Part shown: piece after piece, positions 17,009 through 26,107 of the stretch | Layout: the number at the start of each line of letters is the position of its first letter | How positions within the stretch are numbered: the first letter of the stretch is position 1 | IMG/VR virus record: IMGVR_UViG_3300025635_000079 | Location: 1 to 36,367 of that record | Reading direction: 5' to 3' (one strand) | Source of the DNA: a virus | Taxonomy: Duplodnaviria; Caudoviricetes | Length of the DNA: 36,367 nt | The notes under the pieces: generated by a model | What the model saw: only the letters and a program-made list of their open reading frames with translations | Database searches by the model: none | What the model was told of the DNA's origin: nothing | Program-made: the position numbers and the translations under genes

Positions 17009-18555
17009 AGACCTCCGTAATTCACCATCAAGTAGCCGCTTGCATGCCGCTTGACCAGATCAGGACGCACGGCTTGAACCTCTTGGGCAATCACACCGCG
17101 TTGTGGGATTCCCATCATTGTGTACTCGTAAATGCCCACGCCAATGTCGTGCGTGCCCACCCGCTTGATGCGCGACTTGAGACGACGATCAGAGAACATG
17201 AAATACGACGCGCCCAGGTTGCCAAGGCCGCCCAACAGGTTGGCCGTCTGCGCGTTTTGCGCATTGACAGCGCCGAGCTGAGAGTCGTATTGCGACTGCA
17301 GCGCGCCCATGTAGTTGGGGGCCTGCGCGACACCGGCGTTGCTGAAGCCGGGGAACGTCGGCATGCCAACCTGCTGACCAGACAGCAGCGCGTTCATCTC
17401 GTTGAGAGACATGCCGCGACGTTGCGCCTGCTCGGCGATCGCCTGCTGGCGCAGCTGGTTTTGCGCGCTGGCGTATTGCTGGTTGAGTCCATACTGGCTT
17501 TGCTGCGCCTGGTTCTGCGCCTGCATGCGCGACAAATCCATGGCAGAGGCCTGGTTCATTGCCTGGTTGCCAAACTGTGCAGCTTGCAGGTTCTGGTTGA
17601 ACCCTTGCTGGTTTGCCTGGTTGTTCAGGTTGGCCAGGCCCATAGACTGGTTGTACGCCTGCTGCTGCGCCTGGTTGCCAAAGTTGAACGCGCCCAGGTT
17701 TTGGTTGTAGGCCTGACTGGTTGCTTGGTTGGCAAAATTGCCAGAGCCCACGTCCTCGTTGAACGCTTGCTGACGTGCGCCCATCTGCATGTTGTACAGA
17801 CGCTGCGCCTCGCTGCCCGCCTGATCCAAAGCGTTGTACCGCTCGAGGGCTTGCTGTTGACCAAGCTGAGTGGCAGCGCGGTTGTATGCGTCAGACCCAG
17901 CACGCAAACCTTGGTTAGCAAGTCTTGTCTCAAGCTGGCGCGTTTGATAGTCATGCACCGGCTGCATCTTTTGCATCAGCTGATTGGCCACGGTGTCTCG
18001 GTAACTCGAGTCGAATTGAGGCAACGCCGGGTTGTTGCTAGTGTTCAAACCACGCTGCACGTCGCCGGTCATGCCGTTGATGCTGGTCGTCGGGCCAGCC
18101 ATGTTGAACCCGCTTTGCAGATTGGCCGAGTTTGAGCTGACGCTGGAATTCAAGCCAGGCGTGTAGTCAGTCATGCGAGTCTGCAAAGAGCTCGGTGCGT
18201 TTGCAGAGGTCAGCGCGGGCAGGCTGTTGTAGTCTATTGGTTTGCCGTATTCGTCGGCCACCCGGCCCATGAAATTGTTTGCCAGATCACTTCGACCGGC
18301 TTGCAATTTCATTTGGCTGTCAAGAGCACCCTGCAACGTCGGATTCAGTGAGACGTTCTGCTGCCAGCCCGTGACAGTCTGACCCGTTGCCGGGTCTTTT
18401 TGTGCTTCCGTGCTCCAGGTCTGCGAACCAAACGGCGTGTAGACGCTCGGACGGTTGGCGTAGTTTTGCGTGTTCAGATTCTCCTGAGAGATCTGACCCT
18501 GCAGTTGTGTTGCACCTGTGTAGTCAGGCGTTGACGGTGCTGACGACTTGCCCAT
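17005..18555 (-). CDS. Gln/Asn-rich DNA transfer protein with C-terminal S74-like chaperone (likely start ATG 18555, MGKSSAP)
   Basis: AAGGAG RBS; 18-aa Q/N repeats; SDRRLK...GIYEY...GVIAQEV..VRPDLV...GYLMVNY. Confidence 0.75.
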   Translation of the reverse strand: MGKSSAPSTPDYTGATQLQGQISQENLNTQNYANRPSVYTPFGSQTWSTEAQKDPATGQTVTGWQQNVSLNPTLQGALDSQMKLQAGRSDLANNFMGRVADEYGKPIDYNSLPALTSANAPSSLQTRMTDYTPGLNSSVSSNSANLQSGFNMAGPTTSINGMTGDVQRGLNTSNNPALPQFDSSYRDTVANQLMQKMQPVHDYQTRQLETRLANQGLRAGSDAYNRAATQLGQQQALERYNALDQAGSEAQRLYNMQMGARQQAFNEDVGSGNFANQATSQAYNQNLGAFNFGNQAQQQAYNQSMGLANLNNQANQQGFNQNLQAAQFGNQAMNQASAMDLSRMQAQNQAQQSQYGLNQQYASAQNQLRQQAIAEQAQRRGMSLNEMNALLSGQQVGMPTFPGFSNAGVAQAPNYMGALQSQYDSQLGAVNAQNAQTANLLGGLGNLGASYFMFSDRRLKSRIKRVGTHDIGVGIYEYTMMGIPQRGVIAQEVQAVRPDLVKRHASGYLMVNYGGL

Positions 18556-18961
18556 GTTCTTGCTCCTTGATCCAGCGACATTCGTCGCGCAGCATTTCAA
18601 ACATCACTGAATCGACTGTTTGAAATGCATCTCGATACCCCAATTTTCGCACCAGCCTCAAGCACTCCTCGTTGTGCTTGTCGACCAACGCATACACCGC
18701 GCTTTTGCCCGATTTCACAAACGGGTACTCAAACGACGCGCGCAGCAGAGATCGTGTCAGGCAATGCGGTGATTCAAACGCAACGTGCATGAAGCAGCTC
18801 TCGGTCTGCCAGGCGTTGAACCCGACCGCCGCGGCGATCGAACCGTCAGAGCGCATGAGCCCAATGGTGCGCAAATCGCTGCTCCAGGGCACATGGTTGT
18901 GACGGTGCATCCACTCCCAAACGAGAGGGCGTTCGCCGGGTTGGTCGGTCACCAGGTTCAT
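18524..18961 (-). CDS. GNAT acetyltransferase-like protein (P22 gp14-like position)
   Basis: FEYPF...VYALVDKHNEECLRLVRKLGY motif. Confidence 0.8.
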   Translation of the reverse strand: MNLVTDQPGERPLVWEWMHRHNHVPWSSDLRTIGLMRSDGSIAAAVGFNAWQTESCFMHVAFESPHCLTRSLLRASFEYPFVKSGKSAVYALVDKHNEECLRLVRKLGYRDAFQTVDSVMFEMLRDECRWIKEQEHGQVVSTVNA

Positions 18962-19854
18962 TTGGCCGCCTGGAACAGGGTGAACCCGGTGTTGTCACTG
19001 GCCTTTCCTGCAGACGCGCCGCGCAGAGCTTGAATCATCTGGCTGTTGTAGGCCTGGTTGCCCGGGCCGATCGTCTGCGCGTCGCCAGGCGTCATCTGCG
19101 TGCTGGTCAGGTAGTCGGTCGGCACGTCGCTGAATTGGAAATCGAACGTCGGCGCGTCTTTCCATTCGGTGTGCGGCGCGAACTTCATGGTGAAGTCAGG
19201 GGTGTAGGTCTTGGTGGCCACGGTAGAACCAGCGCCCGGCAGATCGGGCGTCAAGGCGTCAATCGCGCCCCCGACGGCAGCACCAGCCAGGCCGCCCATA
19301 GCCGCGCCAGCCAGGCTTGAGCCACCGGAGACAACGCCGGTGGGGTCCACGGTCGACATATCGACCACGGGCGGCAGATCTGTCGCGGCAGTGCCTGCAC
19401 CCGCGACTTCGCCTGTAGCAGCGCCAATACTGGCCAAATAAGTTGGGTCGCTGGCAGTCCAGCCCATTTGAGCGTTGAGTGTTGCAATTGGATCTGCCGA
19501 GGCGTTTGCGGCAGCCAATGCGCTTTCACTGACGCCTAAAGCTGATTCGCCGCCGGCAGCCTCTAAAGCGCCCAGCACGCCTTCAGCTTCCCCGGCAGCC
19601 GCAACCTCGGCGCCCAACGAAGCACCGCCGGTGGCATAGGCCGCGGCAATCACCAAAGGCAGCGTCCAGCCGCCCGGAATGTTTTCGGTGACAAAGTCAT
19701 CGACGCTGCTGGCCACATCGCCGACTGCGTCAACTACGCCGCCAACAACATCGCTGGCTGCATCAGCGACGCCGCCGACCACATCACTCACGACGTCAAC
19801 CGCGCCCCCAACAACGTCGCTGACGACGTCTGCTACTGCACTTGCTGCGCCCAT
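18958..19854 (-). CDS. Putative virion/ejection protein with N-terminal 11-aa amphipathic repeats
   Basis: VVSDVVGGxxD x4, TM-like WTLPLVIAAAYATGG, glycine zipper LAGAAMGGLAGAAVGG. Confidence 0.6.
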   Translation of the reverse strand: MGAASAVADVVSDVVGGAVDVVSDVVGGVADAASDVVGGVVDAVGDVASSVDDFVTENIPGGWTLPLVIAAAYATGGASLGAEVAAAGEAEGVLGALEAAGGESALGVSESALAAANASADPIATLNAQMGWTASDPTYLASIGAATGEVAGAGTAATDLPPVVDMSTVDPTGVVSGGSSLAGAAMGGLAGAAVGGAIDALTPDLPGAGSTVATKTYTPDFTMKFAPHTEWKDAPTFDFQFSDVPTDYLTSTQMTPGDAQTIGPGNQAYNSQMIQALRGASAGKASDNTGFTLFQAAK

Positions 19855-20216
19855 ACTTCTGCCTTCCAGTTGTATTCGGGGATGTCCGACTCAAGGATTT
19901 CAATGCCCAGCATTTTCAGCAGGCGCAAAATCTCAGGGTTGTCGGCCTGGCCATAGACCTCTTTGATGTCGGATTGCCTGATCTTGTCAATAAAATCCTT
20001 GACGGCACGGGCCACGCCGATGCCGTTGTCTGCGGTGAACAGGTGCAGCACAGCCTTGCCATCGCCCAGACGCTTGAGAATCAACACAGAATTGCCAGAG
20101 CGCAGTGCCGTTGCCATGCCGCTCGCAAGTAATTTTTTGATGCCTTGCAACAGCTGCTGGCCATTGGCGCCGGCCTCTTGCGCGTTTTGCAAAATGATTT
20201 CGTCGCCTGTCATCAC
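19833..20216 (-). CDS. Hypothetical protein, possibly a second GNAT-fold protein
   Basis: VLHLFTAD...EVYGQADNPEILRLLKMLG resembles the GNAT C-terminal motif. Confidence 0.55.
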   Translation of the reverse strand: MMTGDEIILQNAQEAGANGQQLLQGIKKLLASGMATALRSGNSVLILKRLGDGKAVLHLFTADNGIGVARAVKDFIDKIRQSDIKEVYGQADNPEILRLLKMLGIEILESDIPEYNWKAEVWAQQVQ

Positions 20217-21820
20217 ATCACCCCACCAAGTTCATACAACACATGCGCAGACGTGTAGATTGTCCCAGGCAGACCGCGCACCTTCATGCGAATCGAGCCG
20301 TAATAGCCCAAACCTACGACCCCAACCCAGGCCTGGTAGGTATTGATCGCCCCAGCAAAATACGACTGGTTCCAGTTGGACTCGTCCCACGCCCCCTCGC
20401 TGGTGCTGGTAAAGGACGGCGATCCAGACACGTTGCCGAGCGCATACTGCGTGTTGAGCTGCAACAGCACGCTGGGCGCCGTCGGAGCCAAGAAGATCGG
20501 GCGAACCATGTGGAACTTCTTGAGCTGCGCAGGCGTGTCATACGGGTTGAACGCCTGAAACACGTCGCCGGTGATTGACGTACCGTTGAGGCCGTCAATG
20601 TCCGCAAGGTCATAGTCGCCATACAGTCCATGCACAACCTGGCCCAGCGGGTCGCCAAAATATAGGTCGCCGTTCAGCAGGGCAGAGCATTGCATGTTCA
20701 TGTTCGAGAACGTCGACCAGGCGCCGGTGATGGTGTTCATCACAAACTGCTGGTAGACCCCATACACGTTGGCAGGCACCTGGATGATCAAAATGCTCTC
20801 TTTGGGCACCATCATCAAATTCCACGACTCTGCGTTTTTGAGCGCGGTCAACAGGGGAGCGAGCACCGGTTGAATTTTTGATGCAGGCATCGTATTGGAC
20901 GCGGCCTCGTTGTACTGGCCGGCCACCAGCTTGGACATGGGGATGAGGCCCTGCTGGCTCAGAATCATCACGTCACCGCCAAACGGTGTGAAATAGCAGC
21001 CGTACTTGGGCACCGGCCCGATATACCAAACGCCCTTCAACTTGAACGTGTCAACGCTGGTGGGGTCGTAGCCTTCCCACACGCCGATGTCACCCTCAGT
21101 GCCGATGGCCACCAGGTAGTCGTCGACCGAGAACCCGGCGTCGATTGTCCAGTTGACCAGCGCAGAGATCGCGCCGCCGTTGCGCAGCAGCGACCCCATG
21201 GGGTACAGGTCTGCGTGGCCAGTGATTGCGTCAACGTCACGCATGTAGTAGACGTCGCCGCTGTCCTCAATCGTGAACCAAATCCGCTTTTTCCAGACAG
21301 CCACGGTGCGCACGTTTGTGGGCAGACCCACAGTCGTCGCGGTGCGATCGACCCAGCCATTGACCGAATCGTAGGTCCAGTAACCGGCGTCAGGAGAGAC
21401 GGCCAGGAGATAAACGCCAGAGGTGGTGGCAAATTGCACGGTCCACCACTGATCGTTGCTGCTGCCAGTTGCCGCCTGGCTCAACGTAGCAGGCGCCTCT
21501 GTCACGTCATAGATGTCACCGTCAACAGCCGCAAACAGTTTGTTGTTGATGAAATTTGGATCGTTGAACGCAAACAGAGATTTGTACGAGCCAACGCCCT
21601 CGAGGGGCTCAGTGTGAACGCGAGAGCCTTTGCGCAGCTCCACGCCTTGCTGGCGTGCGATGAAGTTGTCCAACGTCAGCGCGTCCAGCAAAGACATCTC
21701 GCTGATCGGGTCGCGCATGTTCAACCCGCCAGTCGGGGGCGGGTTGTTCTTGAGTTGCGACACCTGGGCCGCAGCCGCTTTGATCGGCGTGATATGCGGT
21801 CGAAGTGGCACCAGAGGCAT
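20213..21820 (-). CDS. Tail nozzle / DNA stabilisation protein (P22 gp10 / T7 gp12-like)
   Basis: 535 aa, beta-rich, PTGGLN.RD N-terminal motif; follows the adaptor. Confidence 0.75.
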   Translation of the reverse strand: MPLVPLRPHITPIKAAAAQVSQLKNNPPPTGGLNMRDPISEMSLLDALTLDNFIARQQGVELRKGSRVHTEPLEGVGSYKSLFAFNDPNFINNKLFAAVDGDIYDVTEAPATLSQAATGSSNDQWWTVQFATTSGVYLLAVSPDAGYWTYDSVNGWVDRTATTVGLPTNVRTVAVWKKRIWFTIEDSGDVYYMRDVDAITGHADLYPMGSLLRNGGAISALVNWTIDAGFSVDDYLVAIGTEGDIGVWEGYDPTSVDTFKLKGVWYIGPVPKYGCYFTPFGGDVMILSQQGLIPMSKLVAGQYNEAASNTMPASKIQPVLAPLLTALKNAESWNLMMVPKESILIIQVPANVYGVYQQFVMNTITGAWSTFSNMNMQCSALLNGDLYFGDPLGQVVHGLYGDYDLADIDGLNGTSITGDVFQAFNPYDTPAQLKKFHMVRPIFLAPTAPSVLLQLNTQYALGNVSGSPSFTSTSEGAWDESNWNQSYFAGAINTYQAWVGVVGLGYYGSIRMKVRGLPGTIYTSAHVLYELGGVM

Positions 21821-22578
21821 TAGGTCATCCCCCCGTACCCAGTGTCAGGCGTGTTGGTCAGGGGCTGGATGTACGGGATGCGGAAGTCGCGGGCCATGGA
21901 AAGCACCGCGGCGCCTTTCTCGGCAGCCTTGCGGTTCTCGTACATCACATGGAAGTCACGCATCGCCGCGCTCGAATCCAGGCCCTTCATCTCAAGCCAC
22001 TTGCAGCGTGCGTAGTAGGTGATCAACGGCGCATCGAGCAAAGCGATGTCGCCGTTCTTGGTCATCCGGTTCTTGTACAGCGTCGGGTTGTCGGCGTCGC
22101 GCACCCAGCCTGCTGACAAGTAGAAAAAGTTCATGTTCTGTGTGGAGCTCGGAGGCGCCAACACATAGATCTTGTCGTCACGCACCTGCCAGTAGAACGA
22201 CAAAGTGGGCAGCGTCAAACGAATGAGCAGCTGCTGCCACATCTGCGGCGACACAGGACCCAGCGATGGGAACTGGTTGGTCGCGTTCCAGTTGGTCTGG
22301 TCGATCCAATCGTAGAAGTCCTCGGGCAGATCAAAGGCCTGCTCTCGGATGTTTGGATAGTCCGCGGTGATGGGAATCGTGTGACGCTTGATGAGCTGCT
22401 GCCAGTCGTACATCGACAGCAACTCGATGCCTGCCATGTTCACAGCCTGCACCATCTGAATGACCGCAGGGTCCGTAGACCCCGCGGGATCGGCGGGCGT
22501 GGGATAGCTGACCATCGCGGCCACGTTCTGAACAATCGCCAACAGCGACGATTCGTCGATGATCTGATAGGTGGCCAT
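21820..22578 (-). CDS. Head-tail adaptor (tail tubular protein A-like)
   Basis: 252 aa; YDWQQL, FDLPEDF and GPVSPQMWQ motifs; synteny. Confidence 0.7.
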   Translation of the reverse strand: MATYQIIDESSLLAIVQNVAAMVSYPTPADPAGSTDPAVIQMVQAVNMAGIELLSMYDWQQLIKRHTIPITADYPNIREQAFDLPEDFYDWIDQTNWNATNQFPSLGPVSPQMWQQLLIRLTLPTLSFYWQVRDDKIYVLAPPSSTQNMNFFYLSAGWVRDADNPTLYKNRMTKNGDIALLDAPLITYYARCKWLEMKGLDSSAAMRDFHVMYENRKAAEKGAAVLSMARDFRIPYIQPLTNTPDTGYGGMT

Positions 22579-22589
22579 CCCTCGCTCCC

Positions 22590-23201
22590 TTACTCTGCCG
22601 TTTCAGCCGCGGCAGCTACCTTACGTTTGCCACCAGCGGTGGCCTGCAACGCCTCGACCATCGTCTTGAGATTCTCGATCTCGGCGTCACGTTTTTGCAG
22701 CTCCTCGTTCATGCGTTCGATCGGGGCGTTGTTGGCCGCGACCTCGAGGAATGCTTTTGCACGCTGCTTGTCTTGATGGAATGACATGAACTTGGAACCC
22801 AAGTTGTCGTTCGCTTCAGCAAGCTGCTCCACGGTGACCAATTTGAAGAACTTGTATTCCTCGACCTTCGACGGGCTCATGCCAGGCAAAGCTGACAGGG
22901 GAGTGCCGACGACGGCTTGCTCTTGACCGGCCTGCCACTTGGCATATCGGTCTTGGAATCGGAACGCGTCTTGCTGGCTGACGGGGCGCTCAATCACCGA
23001 GGACTTGTCGCCGGGCACATGAATGCGCACATAGTCGACTTCTTCGTACACGGCCCGGCCTTGTTCCCGGCTCTTGCCAGGTTGCAGCATGGGCTTGCGG
23101 AAGAATTCGACATACAGCTTGTTGTCCGCGGCAAAGCGCGTCTCATCTGGCTTTGCAAAATCGCTAGGCTCTTCAAAAATGGTCGGTGTCGTGGGTTGCA
23201 T
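22590..23201 (-). CDS. Hypothetical phage protein (HhH-like + coiled coil)
   Basis: GTPLSALPGM...TVEQLAEA; lies between capsid and adaptor genes. Confidence 0.7.
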   Translation of the reverse strand: MQPTTPTIFEEPSDFAKPDETRFAADNKLYVEFFRKPMLQPGKSREQGRAVYEEVDYVRIHVPGDKSSVIERPVSQQDAFRFQDRYAKWQAGQEQAVVGTPLSALPGMSPSKVEEYKFFKLVTVEQLAEANDNLGSKFMSFHQDKQRAKAFLEVAANNAPIERMNEELQKRDAEIENLKTMVEALQATAGGKRKVAAAAETAE

Positions 23202-23219
23202 GATTTTTTCTTTCTGTGT

Positions 23220-23405
23220 TTAAGCGTTGGTGTCGATCACAAGATCGGTGCCGGGAGAGCCGCCAATACGCGAGCCTCCGATGCTGGCGCCATCAGCACC
23301 GGTCAGACCGATGCCTTCGCACACTGCGCCAGTGTCTTGAGATGCAGCGGTGTCGACCACTGCGGGAGCATTTGCGGACACTGCGCCGCTGAAAGTTGCT
23401 GCCAT
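23220..23405 (-). CDS. Small putative capsid-associated protein
   Basis: 61 aa, AGGAG RBS, directly after the capsid gene. Confidence 0.6.
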   Translation of the reverse strand: MAATFSGAVSANAPAVVDTAASQDTGAVCEGIGLTGADGASIGGSRIGGSPGTDLVIDTNA

Positions 23406-23425
23406 GATGTTCTCCTGAATGTTTC

Positions 23426-23477
23426 AAAAAACCCGAGGGAGTGGGCTTCCCCACCCACTCGGGAAAGGGAAGCCCAC
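23426..23477 (-). terminator. Intrinsic terminator after the major capsid gene, with a competing upstream hairpin
   Basis: Minus strand CCCGAG...CTCGGG-TTTTTT; alternative 11-bp stem GTGGGCTTCCC/GGGAAGCCCAC. Confidence 0.6.
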
Positions 23478-23493
23478 GACAGGCCCACCAAAA

Positions 23494-24465
23494 TCAGTTT
23501 TGGATACGGCCCTGGAACTGAGCACCGGAGGTGGTCAGGTTGCCAGCCCATGCCAGGATCTGAACTTCAGCGTCCTGGTTGATGGCGTAGCGACGGTTCG
23601 GTGACAGCGGCACCATGTTGCGGTCCTTGTGAGGGCGCCACTTGATGTACTTGCTGTTCAGCATGAAACCGGTGTTGGCAGGGCAGTAGCCACCGATACC
23701 GCCGTCGAGGACAACGTCAGCGTCCATGAACTTCAACGTGGGGAAGCCCAGGTTGCCAGTCTCAGGCGAGGTGAATCGCTGTTGAGCCTGCAGGGAGCCC
23801 ATGTAGTAGGTCCAGTAGTTGTTGTCCAACACGATCAGGTCGGGACGGTCAGTGCCGCGGACCAACTGCGCCCACAGAGCGTTCAGGGCAGCCTGAATGG
23901 TCGTGGAGCCGGGGGTCACAGACTGGGCGCTGAAGTCGTACAGCTTGGAACGCCAGAACGTCCAGGTAGCACGGTTGATGCCGCCGTAGGTGCCGGTGGT
24001 CGGGTCAGAGGGGACAGCGGCGTTGAGGCCGGTCACTTCTTTACCGCCAGAGCCGGTGCCGTCGGAGTAGATCGACTGAGCCAGCTGGTTCACCATGGTG
24101 GATTCAGCGACGTTCAGGCGACCTTCCAACAGGTCGATAAACTGCTCTTTGCCAGAGTTCTGCAACATTTCCAAGCCGCTCATAACGACGGGAACTGCGT
24201 ACTGCTTGATCTGGTATTCAGCGGCGCTGATAACGTCCTGGGCGGCCACCGGCAGCAGGTCGTAACCAGAGTAGAAGCCGCCGTTTGCGTTTTCCGCAAA
24301 CGAAAGTTCTTCAAAAATTACGTTACCACCGGAAATGCTCTTGACGTTGCCGCGCTGATTAAGGCGAGACAACAGGGCGTTGTTTTTGGTGACGTTGTCC
24401 GCAATCTGACGAGTGCGGGATTGGATAGTCGTTGCGACGATGTCGCTGACATTTGGAAAAGACAT
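23494..24465 (-). CDS. Major capsid protein
   Basis: 323 aa; IADNVTKNNALL, YSGYD, L..QIYSDG-like and WAGNLTTS motifs; downstream of the scaffold. Confidence 0.88.
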   Translation of the reverse strand: MSFPNVSDIVATTIQSRTRQIADNVTKNNALLSRLNQRGNVKSISGGNVIFEELSFAENANGGFYSGYDLLPVAAQDVISAAEYQIKQYAVPVVMSGLEMLQNSGKEQFIDLLEGRLNVAESTMVNQLAQSIYSDGTGSGGKEVTGLNAAVPSDPTTGTYGGINRATWTFWRSKLYDFSAQSVTPGSTTIQAALNALWAQLVRGTDRPDLIVLDNNYWTYYMGSLQAQQRFTSPETGNLGFPTLKFMDADVVLDGGIGGYCPANTGFMLNSKYIKWRPHKDRNMVPLSPNRRYAINQDAEVQILAWAGNLTTSGAQFQGRIQN

Positions 24466-24469
24466 AATT

Positions 24470-24636
24470 ACTCTCCATCTGAGTGTTGGTGATGACCTTG
24501 CGGTCGCCTAGTTCAGATGCGCCTACGCGAACCTTTCACAGTCCGACTATGTCGTAGGTGGGACGCCGTGGCGTCTCCTAAGAGCTTGCGGTGGCTGGGG
24601 TGCTTGGGCACACCACGTCGAGGTCGCCCTCGACAT
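24470..24636 (-). ncRNA. Candidate structured 5' leader RNA of the capsid gene
   Basis: Multiple hairpins with GCGA, GCAA and CACG tetraloops; a long-range stem abuts the RBS. Confidence 0.55.
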
Positions 24637-24654
24637 GATGCGATTATGACATCA
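24636..24654 (-). promoter_or_regulatory. Operator/promoter motif upstream of the capsid leader
   Basis: Minus strand TGATGTCATAATCGCATCA, containing TGtCATAAT. Confidence 0.55.
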
Positions 24655-25779
24655 CCGTGAGGTGGCCACTATGGCCGCCTCAATCGCGGACCGAACATCA
24701 GTGGGCTGTTGCTGCAAAGCACCCACCGGAGCTCCACCGGATATGCTGACCGCAGCCTGACGAGCACGCTGGGCAGCTTGGGTGTGTGCCTGGCCGCGCT
24801 GGGCCTGCTGACGTTGGACCAAAACTGAACGCACGCTGTCGTTCATCATGCAGGCCTTTTTGTAAGCATCCAGCAAGGTCATGTTTTGACCGCGCCGCTG
24901 GGCCGCCTCGAGCAGGTCAGCCATGTCCTCGCGCACGTCGTTGCCAAACTCGGCTTTGCCCAAGAACTGCTCGACCTCGCTTTGCGCTTGCTGGCTTACC
25001 AAATTCTGCTGATTAGCCTGGGCCTGCTGAAACTGCTGGAACATGCTCTGCAAGGGCGCCAGGCGCTGCTCAAGCACCTGATCGATTGCGGCCTGCTGCG
25101 GGTCAACGCGAGGCGCCTGGCCCGCCAGGGCGCTGTCCAGGGCCTCAATGAACGTGTTGCCGAACCGGCCCACGCCGAACTGCTGAACGATCCCAGCGAC
25201 CATGGTGGCCAACTCAGGGGCGGTGCCGGTGCGCAGCTTGGCCGCGGTGGCCATCAAATTGTCGATCGCCTGCAGCGGGTTGCTGTTTTCGGCCTTGATG
25301 AACGCCTCATACGGGGCGATCGTGCGCATGACGGCCTCGGCGGTCTTACGGGCCTCGGCGGTGTCCTGCAGGGTGCGCTGCACTTCCTGCTCGCGGCGGT
25401 AAATCTCTGAACGCACGTTCTCAGGCAGAGTGCCCCAGTGCTCCCGGGCGTCTGGTTTCCATGACGCCGGGGGCTTTTCGCCCTGGGCCTTGGGGCCAGA
25501 TTTCGGACCCGGCTGGATGCCGTCCTGTTTTGCAAATTTTCCTGCCTCGTCACGGAGCTGTTGTTGTGCATCCTTGTTGTCAGAACCTTGGCCCTCGGCC
25601 AAATCCGTCAAGCCGGGCTGTTCTGCGGCAGATTCGGCAGATTCGGCAGAATCGTTCTGCCGATCTACCGCAGCTGGTTCCGGGGAAGGTTCAAGCGCGG
25701 CCTGGTTGTTTTGGGTTGGGTCCTCGGGATCTTGCAATGCAGCCTCGAGGGCGTCGCGTAATGTCGTGGGTTCGCTCAT
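24652..25779 (-). CDS. Scaffolding protein
   Basis: Acidic disordered N-terminus, RDEAGKFA and PPASWK motifs, coiled coils; immediately upstream of the capsid gene. Confidence 0.78.
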   Translation of the reverse strand: MSEPTTLRDALEAALQDPEDPTQNNQAALEPSPEPAAVDRQNDSAESAESAAEQPGLTDLAEGQGSDNKDAQQQLRDEAGKFAKQDGIQPGPKSGPKAQGEKPPASWKPDAREHWGTLPENVRSEIYRREQEVQRTLQDTAEARKTAEAVMRTIAPYEAFIKAENSNPLQAIDNLMATAAKLRTGTAPELATMVAGIVQQFGVGRFGNTFIEALDSALAGQAPRVDPQQAAIDQVLEQRLAPLQSMFQQFQQAQANQQNLVSQQAQSEVEQFLGKAEFGNDVREDMADLLEAAQRRGQNMTLLDAYKKACMMNDSVRSVLVQRQQAQRGQAHTQAAQRARQAAVSISGGAPVGALQQQPTDVRSAIEAAIVATSR

Positions 25780-25783
25780 GGTG

Positions 25784-26107
25784 TTACCTGTTTTGAAGTT
25801 TATGAATGGCGCGCTCTATGTCGGCACGCTTGAATGAGCCCCCGTTTTGGACGTAGTGCTCACGCTCTTTCTTGGCTTGTGCCCAAGAATCTTTGAAGTC
25901 GTCAATCGTGGTCAGATTGTTGGCTTTCATGTATTCGCGGTGCTTGGTGCGCGAGCTGATGTCAGTGCCATCAGGTGCGCGCAGGCCGTCATAGCTGCGG
26001 TCGCCCCAAAGGGCTCCAGAATCAGCGCGGGCCTCTGCCTGGTAGTCAGGCGTCACCTCAATCAACTTGCCCGTGTTGCGGTCTTGAATCCAACGACGTC
26101 GTGTCAT
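25784..26107 (-). CDS. Hypothetical head-region protein
   Basis: 107 aa; DGTDISSRTKHREYMK motif. Confidence 0.7.
   Translation of the reverse strand: MTRRRWIQDRNTGKLIEVTPDYQAEARADSGALWGDRSYDGLRAPDGTDISSRTKHREYMKANNLTTIDDFKDSWAQAKKEREHYVQNGGSFKRADIERAIHKLQNR

Noticed and set aside
23220-23551. Frameshift or readthrough fusion of the capsid protein to the downstream 61-aa ORF
   Set aside because: The downstream ORF is in the +1 frame, which has a TGA before its start; the 0 and -1 frames do not join it, and there is no canonical slippery heptamer.
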